Assembly: GCA_002269645.1 (NCBI GenBank)
Contig: NIVC01002654.1
Span: 1 to 64,000 of the forward strand
DNA from: Macrostomum lignano
Lineage: Eukaryota
Length of the DNA: 64,000 bases
Reading direction: 5' to 3'
Position 1 is the first letter of the stretch; every line of letters starts with the position of its first letter. Made by a program: the position numbers and the translations under genes. Below the pieces are notes generated by a model that made no database searches, was not told the DNA's origin, and worked only from the letters and a program-made list of their open reading frames with translations. Of the stretch, positions 37,830-49,989 are shown piece after piece.

Positions 37830-39345
37830 TTTATTTGAGTTGCCGATGTATTTCGTCCATTTGCATTAAGACATTGTCAGGGTCTTTTTATTTAAGAAAC
37901 AATTTGAACGAATATTCAGTATATATAGATAGTTGAGAGTAACAAGAGTAGTTGAATTGAGTTTTTAGTTGATGGCTTAAAACTTATACATAGTAATCAA
38001 TTTTTTTGATACAGTATTGGTTGGGTAAAGTGCATATATCAGTTTCAAGCCAGTCCAGTCATTGACAAATCAGCTAAAAAATTCTGAGTTGACGGCTAGC
38101 CCCACTTATCGCAAGTTGGTTATTTAATGTGGGCTGTTTGGTCTTAATGTACAGGGCTTCTAATAGGCAGAGCATGTGATCTCTATTACAAAAATCAATT
38201 GCCTTTATCATTTCGTGTGGTTCAGCCTCACAACAGGAATTGTAGGTTAGCAGGTATTCGTTAATAGCAGAGTTTTTTAGCCAGTGCTGTCTGACCCTCG
38301 TGTATAAGTGTCGTTTAGTTTTTCCTTTAAAGTGTTCTTCTGGTTTGCAGTCATTGCAGTTAGTGCATTCAAGGAGGTGAGTTTGTATAGCAGATGGTTT
38401 GAGCCAGTGTTCCCTGATCCTCGTGTGTAGGTGTCTTTTGGTTTTCCCCACGTAGGAGACGCTCTGGTCCACAGAGCAGTTAAATTGGTAGACAACACCT
38501 GCACGCAGAGTACAAGGAACACGCGACTTTAATCTGCTAACAAAGTTCCCAATCTTGTTCGTGTGGAAGACGACCCGGATGTTACGATTGAAAGAGGCAA
38601 AGAATAACCTACGCATTCTGTTTTTAAAGGCTAGAGATGGAGGTCTGAGGAAGGGGAGACGCAGAATGGGTTCAAATTCTTCAGTGGTAACAGATTGCTC
38701 AGGTTTTTGTTTGGTGATTTTGTCCGAGATGAACTTGTTGATGATTTTTTGGACCAGACAAACGGGGTAGTCATTTTGATGGAACAGTCTGGTGAGGAAC
38801 TGCACCTCCCGGTCAAAGTTGATCCAGGTGTTACAGGTAGTGAAAGCTCTATGGAGCAAACACCTCACGAGCCCAGTTTTCCATTGTCTGGGGCAAGTGG
38901 CTTGGAAGTTGAGAATGAGATTGGTAAAGCTTTTCTTACGGAAGACTTTTGTGGAGAGGGTTTCCTTACTGTAGTCAATGTCAATCTCCAGGAAGGGGAG
39001 TCTTTGGTCAACAGCATGTTCAACCGTGAATTTTATGTTCTTATGAGTGGAGTTGAGAGCGTGGAGGAACTGATCAATTTTTTGCTCCTGATCAAAGATG
39101 GCAAACGTATCGTCGACGTAGCGCCTGTAGAATTTGGGGGCACAGTTGAAAGACACCAGATTTCGGTTTCCCAATGGGCCAAGCAGACGTTCGTCAGAGT
39201 GGGGGCCAAGGGGCTTCCCATGGCACAGCCATCAACTTGCCTATAGTATTTATTGTCAAACATAAAGATTCCAGAGGTAGCAAAGCCCAGGAGAGAAAAA
39301 AAGAGCAGTCATCTGAAAGAAAGTTCTCCAAATATTTTCGTTAAA
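37830..39345 (-). mobile_element. 5'-truncated Penelope-like retroelement (RT plus GIY-YIG endonuclease), one frameshift near 39165
   Basis: YRQVDGCAMGSPLAP, YRRYVDDTF, FTVEHAVDQRLPFLEI, HQNDYP, VVYQFNC...YVGKTKRHLHTRIREH, LLEALYIKTKQPTLNNQ; (TAAA)n run at the 3' end. Confidence 0.95.
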
Positions 39346-39389
39346 GCTTGTGCCAACTACTGCAAAACTGAAAATGCGCAAGCTATACA

Positions 39390-40700
39390 ATTGTAAACTG
39401 TCTAATGGGTGTTGTTGCAAACTGTCTAATGGGTGTTGTTGCAAACTGTCTAATGGGTGTTGTTGCAAATTGTCTAATGGGTGTTGTTGCAAACTGTCTA
39501 ATGGGTGTTGTTGCAAACTGTCTAATGGGTGTTGTTGCAAACTGTCTAATGGGTGTTGTTGCAAACTGTCTAATGGGTGTTGTTGCAAACTGTCTAATGG
39601 GTGTTGTTGCAAATTGTCTAATGGGTGTTGTTGCAAACTGTCTAATGGGTGTTGTTGCAAACTGTCTAATGGGTGTTGTTGCAAACTGTCTAATGGGTGT
39701 TGTTGCAAATTGTCTAATGGGTGTTGTTGCAAACTGTCTAATGGGTGTTGTTGCAAACTGTCTAATGGGTGTTCTTGTTAATAAACTGTATAATAGGTGT
39801 TGTAAAGTGTCTAATAGGTGTTGTTGTAAACTGTCTAACGGGTGTTTTTGTTAATAAACTGTCTAATAGGTGTTGTAAACTGTCTAATGGGTGTTGTTGC
39901 AAACTGTCTAATGGGTGTTGTTGTAAAATGTCTAATGGGTGTTGTTGTAAAATGTCTAATGGGTGTTGTTGCAAATTGTCTAATGGGTGTTGTTGCAAAT
40001 TAGTCTAATGGGTGTTGTTGCAAACTGTCTAATGGGTGTTGTTGCAAACTGTCTAATGGGTGTTGTTGTAAAATGTCTAATGGGTGTTGTTGCAAATTGT
40101 CTAATGGGTGTTGTTGCAAATTGTCTAATGGGTGTTGTTGCAAATTAGTCTAATGGGTGTTGTTGCAAACTGTCTAATGGGTGTTGTTGCAAACTGTCTA
40201 ATGGGTGTTGTTGTAAAATGTCTAATGGGTGTTGTTGCAAATTGTCTAATGGGTGTTGTTGCAAATTAGTCTAATGGGTGTTGTTGCAAACTATCTAATG
40301 GGTGTTGTTGTAAACTGTCTAATGGGTGTTGTTGTAGACTGTCTAATGGGTGTTGTTGTAAACTGTCTAATGGGTGTTCTTGTTAATAAACTGTATAATA
40401 GGTGTTGTAAACTGTCTAATAGGTGTTGTTGTAAACTGTCTAACGGGTGTTGTTGTTAATAAACTGTCTAATGGGTGTTGTTGCAAACTGTTTAATGGGT
40501 GTTGTTGTAAACTGTCAAACGGGTGTTGTTGTAAATAAACTGTATAATAGGTGTTGTAAACTGTCTAATGGGTGTTGTTGTAAACTGTCTAACGGGTGTT
40601 GTTGTAATAAGCTGTCTATTGGGTGTTGTTTTGTAACTGTTTATAGGGTGGCTGTGAACTGTCTAATGGGTGTTGCTGCAAATTTTCTAACAGGGGTTGT
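39390..40700. repeat. 24-bp minisatellite AACTGTCTAATGGGTGTTGTTGCA, about 50 copies
   Basis: 8-aa periodic ORFs. Confidence 0.95.
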
Positions 40701-41790
40701 TGTAAATTGTTTTGTCCCGCGAAGCGGGTCTACCTGCTAGTTATATCTAAAACCTAAGCCGTTTGCGATGTGCAATTTTAAATCTCTAGAATCAAAAGAC
40801 TAAGAGAAATGCGAAAATAAGTTTTTGACGCACAGTTAATTAAACTTTATTAGTAGATATTTATAGCGTAGATTGATAAAAAGATTCGAATAAAAAATAG
40901 CAGGCTTTTTATACCAAAATCATCCAGCCATCTTCAGGTAATCGGAATTATAATCTCTTAATTATAGTCACACTGCACACCTGCCGCTCACGCTTATCCT
41001 GAGTTTCTGCTTCGTGCATAATTAGACTGAATTATTCCTTAGGATCACATATTTACGAGCCAACTCACAGAAGCGCAAATATCTTTATCAGCAGACTTGC
41101 ATCTTAGTAGGCAGTTAAGAGCTCGATCTGCTAGAATCGGAGCCGAACAAAATTAGCTAATAAATTTAATGCTAATTCTATGCAAGCCTTCATTTATTTG
41201 GGCCTATCCCCCTTTGCAGGCTTCTACAGCCTCTTCTTTGCTTCAAGTCAGTCAGTCAGTCAGTTATCCTGCGCTAGAGGGGAGCTCGCTTAATTTTCAT
41301 CGTTCTCCGCTGCCCCTTTCTAATTCCTCTCTCTCTCTCGCCATCCCTCTTCTATGCATCCTCGTCGCTCCTCTTCAGTCCGTCTCTTTACTTTCACTCT
41401 CACACTCTGCGATGGTGCTCTTGCCTAGCGATTCATTCCCTACTGGCGTGACAACTCCTGTCCCTAGCCAGGCCTTCGTGGTCCGTTGGTCTCGCTTTCT
41501 TTCCTATCCCCTTCTCTTATTGAGGGGAATTAATTTGCTCCATCCCTTCCGCCCAAGGCCTCCAGTCTCTCTCTGTCTCTCTCTCCTCTCTAATGCTAAT
41601 CATAATAAGCTCGCCGCAATTTCTCTATCGGGATATTCGCTCAGGGTTGGGCAAGTTAAGATCGATAGTTTTTATATTATTTAATAATGTAATATACTGT
41701 AAAACGTGTCAGAGAAATATTCATCTGGCGTCAACTTGGCTGACATCTTTGTTCAATTCAAAGTTTTGTGGTGTAATGATACGAGAGTAC

Positions 41791-42093
41791 AATAATAACT
41801 GATTACACCTGCCATAATGGGCAGATGTGCACCCGACAGCTCAGCCGCAGCTATTGCGCGGCGCATCTGAAGGCTGCGTACGGCTGTTCAGTGCAAGGAT
41901 TGGGGGGGGGGGTCGCCACACACACACCCTCAGTTACCCCAGCTAATGCTGGCACCCATTTTACAACTGAGTGAACTGAAGCAATGCAGAGTTAAGTGTC
42001 TTGCTCAAGGACACAAATTGTTCCGGGCCCTTGGGTCGAGAATCGAACCGCCGACCTTTCAGTCCCGAGTCCGACGCTCTGACCACTAGGCTA
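41791..42093 (-). mobile_element. tRNA-derived SINE family A, near full length
   Basis: A box TAGCCTAGTGG, B box GGTTCGATTC, CORE-like block, terminal hairpin and (ATT)n tail. Confidence 0.88.
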
Positions 42094-43132
42094 AAACTAA
42101 TGCTATTTTTGTTTGTCTTTGAAGCCTGAAGATTATCCCGTTAGTTTCCAGTTCAAAGTTTTTTTTAGCCTTTTCTCATTATTTGCTGCTTTTTAGTGTC
42201 TACCTGACAGCAGGTGAGAGTCTACAGTGGTTTGCTAGCCAATAGTGAAGCTTCACTCTCAATTGCATCCCATTTGATCGCGCGAAGTTCACGTAAAAGA
42301 AAAGTCTATAAATATGTAAAAAAAGACGAAAATCGCATCTGTTGCTTCGAGAAATGATAAAAATAGCCGATAGGAGCTAGGTGGAGAAAATATCAATTTG
42401 AACCGTCTTACCTTAAGCGTTGTTTTATTGCTGTCTACTGCAACTCTATAATACCGGTATTGCATTCTGCTGACAATTGAAGACAATTAATTCTGCCAAG
42501 GTTAGTCACAGTCTGGTTTTTTTACTGAATTACGATTATCGCTTCAATTAGAAACGAATGAAGATTCTATCCTGCACCTCTTCTATGGCTCTGTCATCAT
42601 TGGTCCCATGCTGTGATCTGCCTGTATGCCCTGTCCTTGAAGCCCTGTAATTAGCACTATCCTGTTCCGGAGCTCTCGATCAGATGCGTATAAGAACAAG
42701 AGAGAAAGAGAGCCAGATGAAGGAAGCAAGTAGAAGCTCGCGGATTGAAATGGTTGCACGGATAGGAGAAGCGAGTCTCGGCCTGATACAGGACTCGGGC
42801 ATAATTAGAATATCTGTCTTATCTTCCTTGTTTCTTGTGAGAGGCGAATGCGCAGCCTCCCGCATGGGCCCTCATTGTGCCCGGCAGCGACAGGAAGCTA
42901 ATTTAGTTTTGTCTTGCACTGCGTCTTCCCTCCTCATTCAAGTCAGTCTCTTTCTGTGTCCTTGAGAACAGGCTCTTCTGGTCTGCTGCCTGCCTGCCTG
43001 CATTGATTTATAGTTCAGCAGTCTCAATAATTTCAGACTCGCATTGAGATGTCTCTAGTTTCTTCTGTTTTGTCTTGGATTTTCCTACAATGCTACTGAA
43101 ATGTTTTTACAATGCCCAGCACTGCGGAAGTT

Positions 43133-43426
43133 GGGGCCGTAGCCCAATGGTCCAGCGTGGTGCTCTGGTGTGCCAGCGGCCCAGGCTCGATTCCAAGTGC
43201 AGTCACATTAATTTGTGGCTCAATTTGATTCTCGGCTTGGCTCTGCTCGTGCTATTAACGCCATTGAGGGCCAACCCCCCAAGGCACAGTGAAGTGTACA
43301 TGCCTAACGATAATATAAAGTTAGGGCCGCTGTACACTCCTGTGTGAGTGAGTGCCTGTGCGTATGACTGCGTAAGTAATCCGGGCGCTTGTGTGCCTGC
43401 TCAGGAGAGTCAGCGGAATATGCAGT
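43133..43426 (+). mobile_element. tRNA-derived SINE family B, diverged and 3'-truncated copy
   Basis: GGGGCCGTAGCCCAATGG...GGCTCGATTCC head; body matches the 54530 and 59607 copies. Confidence 0.85.
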
Positions 43427-44180
43427 GTTTACTTTCACGCGACTTGCGATTGCGGAAATGTGTGCGAGCAAGACTTCATTTAAGCCGGAAATATTACATC
43501 GCTTATAAATGCTTAGACACTTTCAAAAGCTCCAAATAAGCCATAGTCATTATTGATGCTTATACCTGTTGACTTCAGATATCGGCTTAACAACCAGTTA
43601 ATTTCTTCATTTCTATTTTCTTAGACAGAAAGCCCCGCCCCCTGCTGTGCAATTACTATTGGTTCCAGCAGTTGCCTTATACCCTGTCAGAGTAGCTAGC
43701 AGCTGCTCCCAACCCAGTTTATACAATGCAAAATTCTTACCTTAATCTCGGAATCGCCTTGCCAATTAGCGCCCCGAGGGAGAGGTGCGATGGGGATTTC
43801 GATTTGCTCTGCCTTTTTTCTCCCCAAATTTGTCAGCCCTGCGGTGAGCACAGCGAAAATTGCCTTGGAGAGAAATTTCCTTCATCTTTTCTATGGAAGC
43901 AAGTTTTTTTGCTTCTGTTCTAGAAAGGCATCGATTATTTATTTAATTGCTGGATTATAATTAGAGAAAAAATGGCGCAGGTTGTCTCAGCTCTATCGAA
44001 TCTTGGGCCGTGAGGTTGCTTTGCTGTTGTAATTGCCCTCTTTCCAAGTGCTGTCCAAATACTGCGATAAGGTGGTCGTTAAGCAACTAAAATTTTACTT
44101 GCCTTCAGCTGCCCTCGCTTCGAGTAGGCGGCACTTGGTATGCTTTTTGGGAAAATAAACTTTCCACAGCGGCCGATGAA

Positions 44181-44420
44181 GCCGATATGTATCGTTAGAA
44201 ATGTTTTAAAGCCGATATGTATCGATAGAAATATTTGAAAGCCGATATGTATCGATAGAAATGTTTTTAAGCCGATATGTATCGATAGAAATATTTGAAA
44301 GCCGATATGTATCGATAGAAATGTTTTAAAGCCGATATGTATCGATAGAAATGTTTGAAAGCCGATATGTATCGATAGAAATGTTTAAAGCCGATATGTT
44401 TTGATAGAAATGTTTTAAAG
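44181..44420. repeat. 30-bp minisatellite GCCGATATGTATCGATAGAAATGTTTTAAA, about 8 copies, just upstream of the POU6 coding start
   Basis: Direct reading. Confidence 0.9.
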
Positions 44421-44597
44421 AGCTACATTGCCGATTGCGCGAAATTGCCGATATGTATCGAACCAACTTCATAAAGATCTATTTAAATATTCCTTATCCT
44501 TCAGCAGCCGGATGCCTGGCTAGGTCCTTCTCCCTTAACCGAGTGAAGGCACATCTGTCTTCGGCTCTCCGTGCACTGAAGCAGAGTGAGAGACGCC

Positions 44598-45401
44598 ATG
44601 TTGAAGCAAAGACTGCAACAAGAGCAACAGGGCGAGTCGCGTCAGTCAGCTGACGAGGAAGAGTTCAACTCTAATGAACCGCCCAGTGGCAGCTTCGCTT
44701 CGCACCAAGCGAGCTCGTCGTTCCAGCCGACTCCATTCGTGCTTGGCACCCATCAGTTCCTGCTGACGCCGCCGCCGCCTGGCGTCCAGCTGATGACGAT
44801 CCCAGCCTCGCTGGCCAGCTTGCCAGGCAGCGACCAGATCCCCGTGATCGCCACCTCCACTGGGCAGCTCATTCTCGCCAACATCGTCAGCGTGCCTCGC
44901 GGTGGCGGCAGCGGAGGCGCCGGTGAGGCGGCCGCAGCAGCCGCCGCAGCAGCAGCCGCAGCAGCGGCAGCCACGGGGAACTTCATGAGCCCAGCCGTAG
45001 CGGCGTTGGCTGCTCAGCAGCTGCTGTCGACCTCAACGGCTGCCTCGTCGACTTCAACAGCCGATGCTGGTGCATCGTCTAGCGACGAGATTCGACAGCA
45101 GCCGCTGTCAAACCCGACGCCACCCGCTGGCGAGGCCTCGGCCAATGACGAAGACTCCATTGAAGGTGGCGACGAGGATGAAGAGGGCGACGTGTCGATG
45201 GAGCGTCAGGATGACTCAGGAACTGCCGCTGTTGTCGCCGCTGCCGCCGTCTCGACCGACCCAGACGATGAGGCCAACAAGCACACAGTCAGTCAAATCA
45301 CCGATTCCAACGTGGTGGACGGCGTTGATCTGGAAGAAATTCGCGAGTTTGCTAAGCAGTTCAAGCTGCGCAGATTGAGCTTGGGACTGACACAGTCTCA
45401 G
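44598..45401 (+). CDS. POU6F2: POU class VI transcription factor, coding exon 1 (poly-Ala, acidic region, start of POU-specific domain)
   Basis: DGVDLEEIREFAKQFKLRRLSLGLTQSQ; GTGAGG donor, phase 0. The symbol denotes class (POU6/pdm3-like), not strict orthology. Confidence 0.88.
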
Positions 45402-45509
45402 GTGAGGATTGATGAAGCTGCAGTAGATTACTCAAGTGTTTCAGGGATCCTGCAGGATTGCTCAAATCGTTTAGTGCTGTTTAAGATTCACTTTGGGTAG
45501 TTCAGGAAT

Positions 45510-45945
45510 CATGGAACATCATTCAGGTAATTCAAGTATTGTTTAAAATCATTCAGGTTGTTCAGGGATCATTTAGAATCATTCAGGTTGTTCAGGTATT
45601 GTTTAAAATCATTCAGGTTGTTCAGGGATCATTTAGAATCATTCAGGTTGTTCAGGTATTGTTTAGAATAATTCAGGTTGTTCAGGAATCATTTAGAATC
45701 ATTCAGGTTGTTCAGGTATTGTTTAGAATCATTCAGGTAGTTCAGGGATCATTTAGAATCATTCAGGTAAGTTCAGGTATTGTTTAGAATCATTCAGGTA
45801 GTTCAGGGATCATTTAGAATCATTCAGGTAAGTTCAGGTATTGTTTAGAATCATTCAGGTAGTTCAGGGATCATTCAGATAATTATGGAATCATTTGGAT
45901 TATTCAGGTAGTTCAGGGATCATTTAGAATCATTCAGGTAAGTTC
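45510..45945. repeat. 30-bp minisatellite with alternating A/B units (60-bp dimer) in POU6 intron 1
   Basis: AATCATTCAGGTTGTTCAGGGATCATTTAG alternates with AATCATTCAGGTTGTTCAGGTATTGTTTAG. Confidence 0.9.
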
Positions 45946-46074
45946 AGATGTGACACGTATCATTTTGGAAGTCAAATTTGAAAAAATAAATTAGCGATAA
46001 TTCGGAGCCAACTGATATTAGGGTCAAGTTTCTTCACCAAACCATCTGGACTGAATCCCAATGTCAACCCTCAG

Positions 46075-46454
46075 GTTGGCGCAGCTCTCTCCGCAACCAA
46101 AGGCCCCGCCTACAGTCAGAGCGCCATCTGCAGATTCGAGAAGCTGGACATCACTCCCAAATCTGCTGCCAAGATCAAACCGGTCTTGGAGGTGTGGATG
46201 GCTGAAGCCGAGGAGAAATTTCGGCGATGCGGGGGCGGCGGATTGTGCGGATTACCTGATGATCCTCACCAGCTGCACCAGCAGCAGCAGCACCAAATCT
46301 GTCTCGGCTCCCTGGACGGCCTCAGCGCCGCCGAGGCTGCTAAAAAGCTGCGCAAACGAAGGACTTCGTTCACACCGACTGCATTGGAGATACTCAACGA
46401 ATATTTTGAGCAAAATACTCATCCAACTGGGGCGCAGATGACAGAGCTGGCTAG
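46075..46454 (+). CDS. POU6F2: POU class VI, exon 2 (POU-specific domain, linker, homeodomain start)
   Basis: VGAALSATKGPAYSQSAICRFEKLDITPKSAAKIKPVLEVWMAEAE...RKRRTSFTPTALEILNEYFEQNTHPTG. Confidence 0.95.
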
Positions 46455-46489
46455 GTGAGTCTGTCTGCATCCTCAGGCACCCTCATTGC

Positions 46490-46680
46490 ATCCTCAGTTG
46501 CTGGGCCAGCCTTCAGATCCCCAGTTGCTGGGCCAGCCTCCCAGATCCTCAGTTGCTGGGCCAGCCTCCCAGAGTGTCAGTTGCTGGGCCAGCCTCCCAG
46601 AGTGTAAGTTGCTGGGAAACCAGCCTCCATATTCCCAGTTGCTGGGCCAGCCTCCATATCCCCAGTTGCAGGGCCAGCCC
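46490..46680. repeat. 26-30-bp degenerate repeat (CAGTTGCTGGGCCAGCCTCC) in POU6 intron 2
   Basis: Direct reading. Confidence 0.85.
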
Positions 46681-46721
46681 CCTAATTAATAATGTAGCAA
46701 AACTTCCAAACTAAACCGCAG

Positions 46722-46992
46722 GTCCCTACGCTACGAGCGCGAGGTGATTCGAGTCTGGTTCTGCAACAAGCGCCAGGCTCTCAAGAACACTATTAAGCGT
46801 CTTCAGAGGCCGCAAGAATCTTCAGCTAGCAGGCAGCACCATCATCATCACCAGTCTCAGCTGCATCCGATGTCGCAGCAGCAGCTCCGAGCTCCCGATA
46901 TGTCAGATTCATCAGCTTCCTGTGCCACCACGTCCAAGGCTGCCGCCGCTGCAGCCGCATCCGTTGCTGTCGCTATCGATGAAAACCGACTG
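46722..46992 (+). CDS. POU6F2: POU class VI, exon 3 (homeodomain helix 3)
   Basis: SLRYEREVIRVWFCNKRQALKNTIK; phase 2 acceptor fits. The donor at 46993 is inferred from phase. Confidence 0.88.
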
Positions 46993-47021
46993 GTCAGACT
47001 GCGCTTGTTAGCTAGAAATTT

Positions 47022-47262
47022 TCACCCACACTGCACCCACATTCACCCACACTGCATCCACATTCACCCACACTGCATCCACATTCGCCCACACTGCATC
47101 CACATCCACCCACACTGCATCCACATTCACCCACACTGCATCCACATTCGCCCACACTGCATCCACATCCACCCACACTGCATCCACATTCACCCACACT
47201 GCATCCACATTCACCCACACTGTACCTAAATTCACCCACGCTGTATCCACATTTACCCACAG
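47022..47262. repeat. 21-bp minisatellite CCACACTGCATCCACATTCAC in POU6 intron 3
   Basis: 7-aa periodic (HPHCIHI)n translation. Confidence 0.9.
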
Positions 47263-47412
47263 GTGTCGCCATTCACATTCTACGCTAACGCGGCCGCCGC
47301 GGGCATCTCGGAGAGCTTCACCAACGTGGCCAGTCGCCATCAGCTTAATGTGGACAACGGCGGCAGGCTCTCGGGGGACACCTCGCCCACGGCGTCGCAT
47401 TCTCTGCAGTGA
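47263..47412 (+). CDS. POU6F2: POU class VI, probable last exon
   Basis: CCCACAG acceptor; VSPFTFYANAAAAGISESF...SHSLQ*; GC-rich, phase 0. Confidence 0.6.
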   Translation: MSPFTFYANAAAAGISESFTNVASRHQLNVDNGGRLSGDTSPTASHSLQ

Positions 47413-48229
47413 TGATTCACAATTTATAGTCAGTTTGCGCCCGCGCGTGTCACTTCTGTTTTGTTTTGTTAATATCATTAAAAAATGTAAAAAATCGTCT
47501 GGTAACTTCGTTTCATTTGGCTAATATGAATCCATTCGATAATGAGTTCATTACTTACCTTAACCTCTTCTCTCCCCCGCTTCCATCTCTTTCTCTCCCC
47601 CTCTCTCCCCTCCCTCTCCTCCTCTCGTCCTCACTCCTCCGCCTCTCCTCTCTCCTTTCCCTCCTCTCTCTCCCCCTCTCCATCCTCTTTTTGTTTCCTC
47701 TCCATGTGTTCTATCATCTCTCCCTTTAATTTCCCTCTCTTACCTCTGCCCATTTCTCCTTCGCCTCTCCTTGCTCTCAGATTTGTTTATCAACATAGTT
47801 TGGCTTGTCTCCATGTTCTCCTATGCTTGGTGTGTTCGAAAAAAAAACAAAAAAGTTTTTGAAAAAATCCAAACCATTTTCTTATAGGCCCTATTCGGTA
47901 TAGTCAAGGCCCATGACAACTGAAGGTGAAATTGACCCCACTTTTCAATTTGTACATAACTCGTGTCTAATTTTTTTCATTGCTCTTTTCTGTCCAACAA
48001 ATTGGTCTTGTCAAATGTTAGGTAAATTAATTTAAACAATCGTGTAACAGTGTCTCATTACTCGGTAATCATTTTTGCTGTGAATATTTTGCTTGTTGAC
48101 CCGTTCTGTTTTTGCTCACTTCTTGATTGTTTTGATTTTGCTTTTTTATTCATTTCAATTTCAAACAGACGGCTTGACTGACCCACAGCTCCTTCCCCTC
48201 AGTATGTACAGTATGTACTCAGTATGTAC

Positions 48230-49390
48230 TTGACCAACCCCACAACTCCTACCCCTCAGAATGTACATCGGACTTGACCAACCCCACAACTCCTACCCCT
48301 CAGAATGTACATCGGACTTGACCAAACCCACAACTCCTATCCCTCAGAATGTACATCGGACTTGACCAACCCCACAACTTCTACCCCTCAGAATGTACAT
48401 CGGACTTGACCAACCCCACAACTCCTACCCCTCAGAATGTACATCGGACTTGACCAAACCCACAACTCCTATCCCTCAGAATGTACATCGGACTTGACCA
48501 ACCCCACAACTCCTACCCCTCAGAATGTACAACCGACTTGACCAACCCCACAACTCCTATCCCTCAGAATGTACATCGGACTTGACGAACCCCACAACTC
48601 CTACCCCCCAGAATGTACAACCGACTTGACCAACCCCACGACTCCTACCCCTCAGAATGTACATCGGACTTGACCAACCCCACAACTCCTATCCCTCAGA
48701 ATGTACATCGGACTTGACCAACCCCACAACTCTTACCCCTCAGAATGTACATCGGACTTGACCAACCCCACAACTCCTATCCCTCAGAATGTGACATCGG
48801 ACTTGACGAACCCCACAACTCCTACCCCTCAGAATGTACATCGGACTTGACCAACCCCACAAATCCTACCCCTCAGAATGTACAACGGACTTTACCAACC
48901 CCACAACTCCTACCCTTCAGAATGTAAATCGGACTTTATCAACCCCACAACTCCTACTCCTCAGAATGTACAACGGACTTTACCAACCCCACAACTCCTA
49001 CCCTTCAGAATGTACATCGGACTTTATCAACCCCACAACTTCTACCCCTCAAAATGTAAATCGGACTTGATCAACCCCACAACTCCTACCCTTCAGAATG
49101 TACATCGGACTTTATCAACCCCACAACTTCTACCCCTCAAAATGTAAATCGGACTTGATCAACCCCACAACTCCTATCCCTCAGAATGTGACATCGGACT
49201 TGACGAACCCCACAACTCCTACCCCTCAGAATGTACAACCGACTTGAGCAACCCCACAACTCCTACCCCTCAGAATGTACATCGGACTTGACCAACCCCA
49301 CGACTCCTACCCCTCAGAATGTACATCGGACTTGACCAACCCCACGACTCCTATCCCTCAGAATGTACATCAAACTTAACCAACCCCCAA
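48230..49390. repeat. 44-bp minisatellite GACTTGACCAACCCCACAACTCCTACCCCTCAGAATGTACATCG, about 26 copies
   Basis: Direct reading. Confidence 0.95.
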
Positions 49391-49989
49391 AATTTCTACT
49401 CAATGTACATAAATGTTGACTAATGTATTCAAATGTATTATTTTTACCTAAAAGCAAATTGAATGTTTTGGCTTTTGTATTTTTACGAAACGCCCCATAT
49501 TAACAAGGTGTTTCCCCATTTGCTTAATTCACTCCTTACAATGCAAATTTATGGTTACATATTCTAAAAATTAATACCATTGTCCAAAAAGCCTCTTATG
49601 TTTATTTACTTCGACCTGTTATTGTCCGAAGCGCTATTGCTGTCCCTACTCTCTACTCTCTTCTGCTCTGACGCTGCATCTATGTCAATCATCGTAGTCT
49701 GACTGCAAAATTGTACCTGCATTTATGTATACCTTTTCTCTGCTGTATTTTAGAGCTTTTATCTGCGTAAGTACAGTTTGTGCGTATTCGCTGACTTTTA
49801 TCTACCGAGAAGCTGCAAATAAAATTTTATTTGGATTGACTGTCTGCAATGCACGTTTGATATTGTGTCCGTTGGCTGTCGCTTATTGTGAGTCACGTGT
49901 GCAAAAATAATCGCCTTCTTATGTAGTTGGTCATTTATTTTATAGGGCTAATTTAAATACACACAGCAACAAAACTATCCATTCTGTGC

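Noticed and set aside
38074-39345. Selenocysteine recoding, as reported for some Penelope-like clades
   Set aside because: No in-frame TGA in the preserved ORF; the break is a frameshift.
39256-40740. Cys-rich (CCCKLSNG)n and Gln-rich ORFs
   Set aside because: Translations of the 24-bp satellite, open in several frames, with no signal peptide or splice support.
42020-42093. tRNA gene (also the heads at 43133, 54830-54903 and 59890-59965)
   Set aside because: A and B boxes are present but there is no complete cloverleaf or acceptor stem, and each continues into a shared SINE body.
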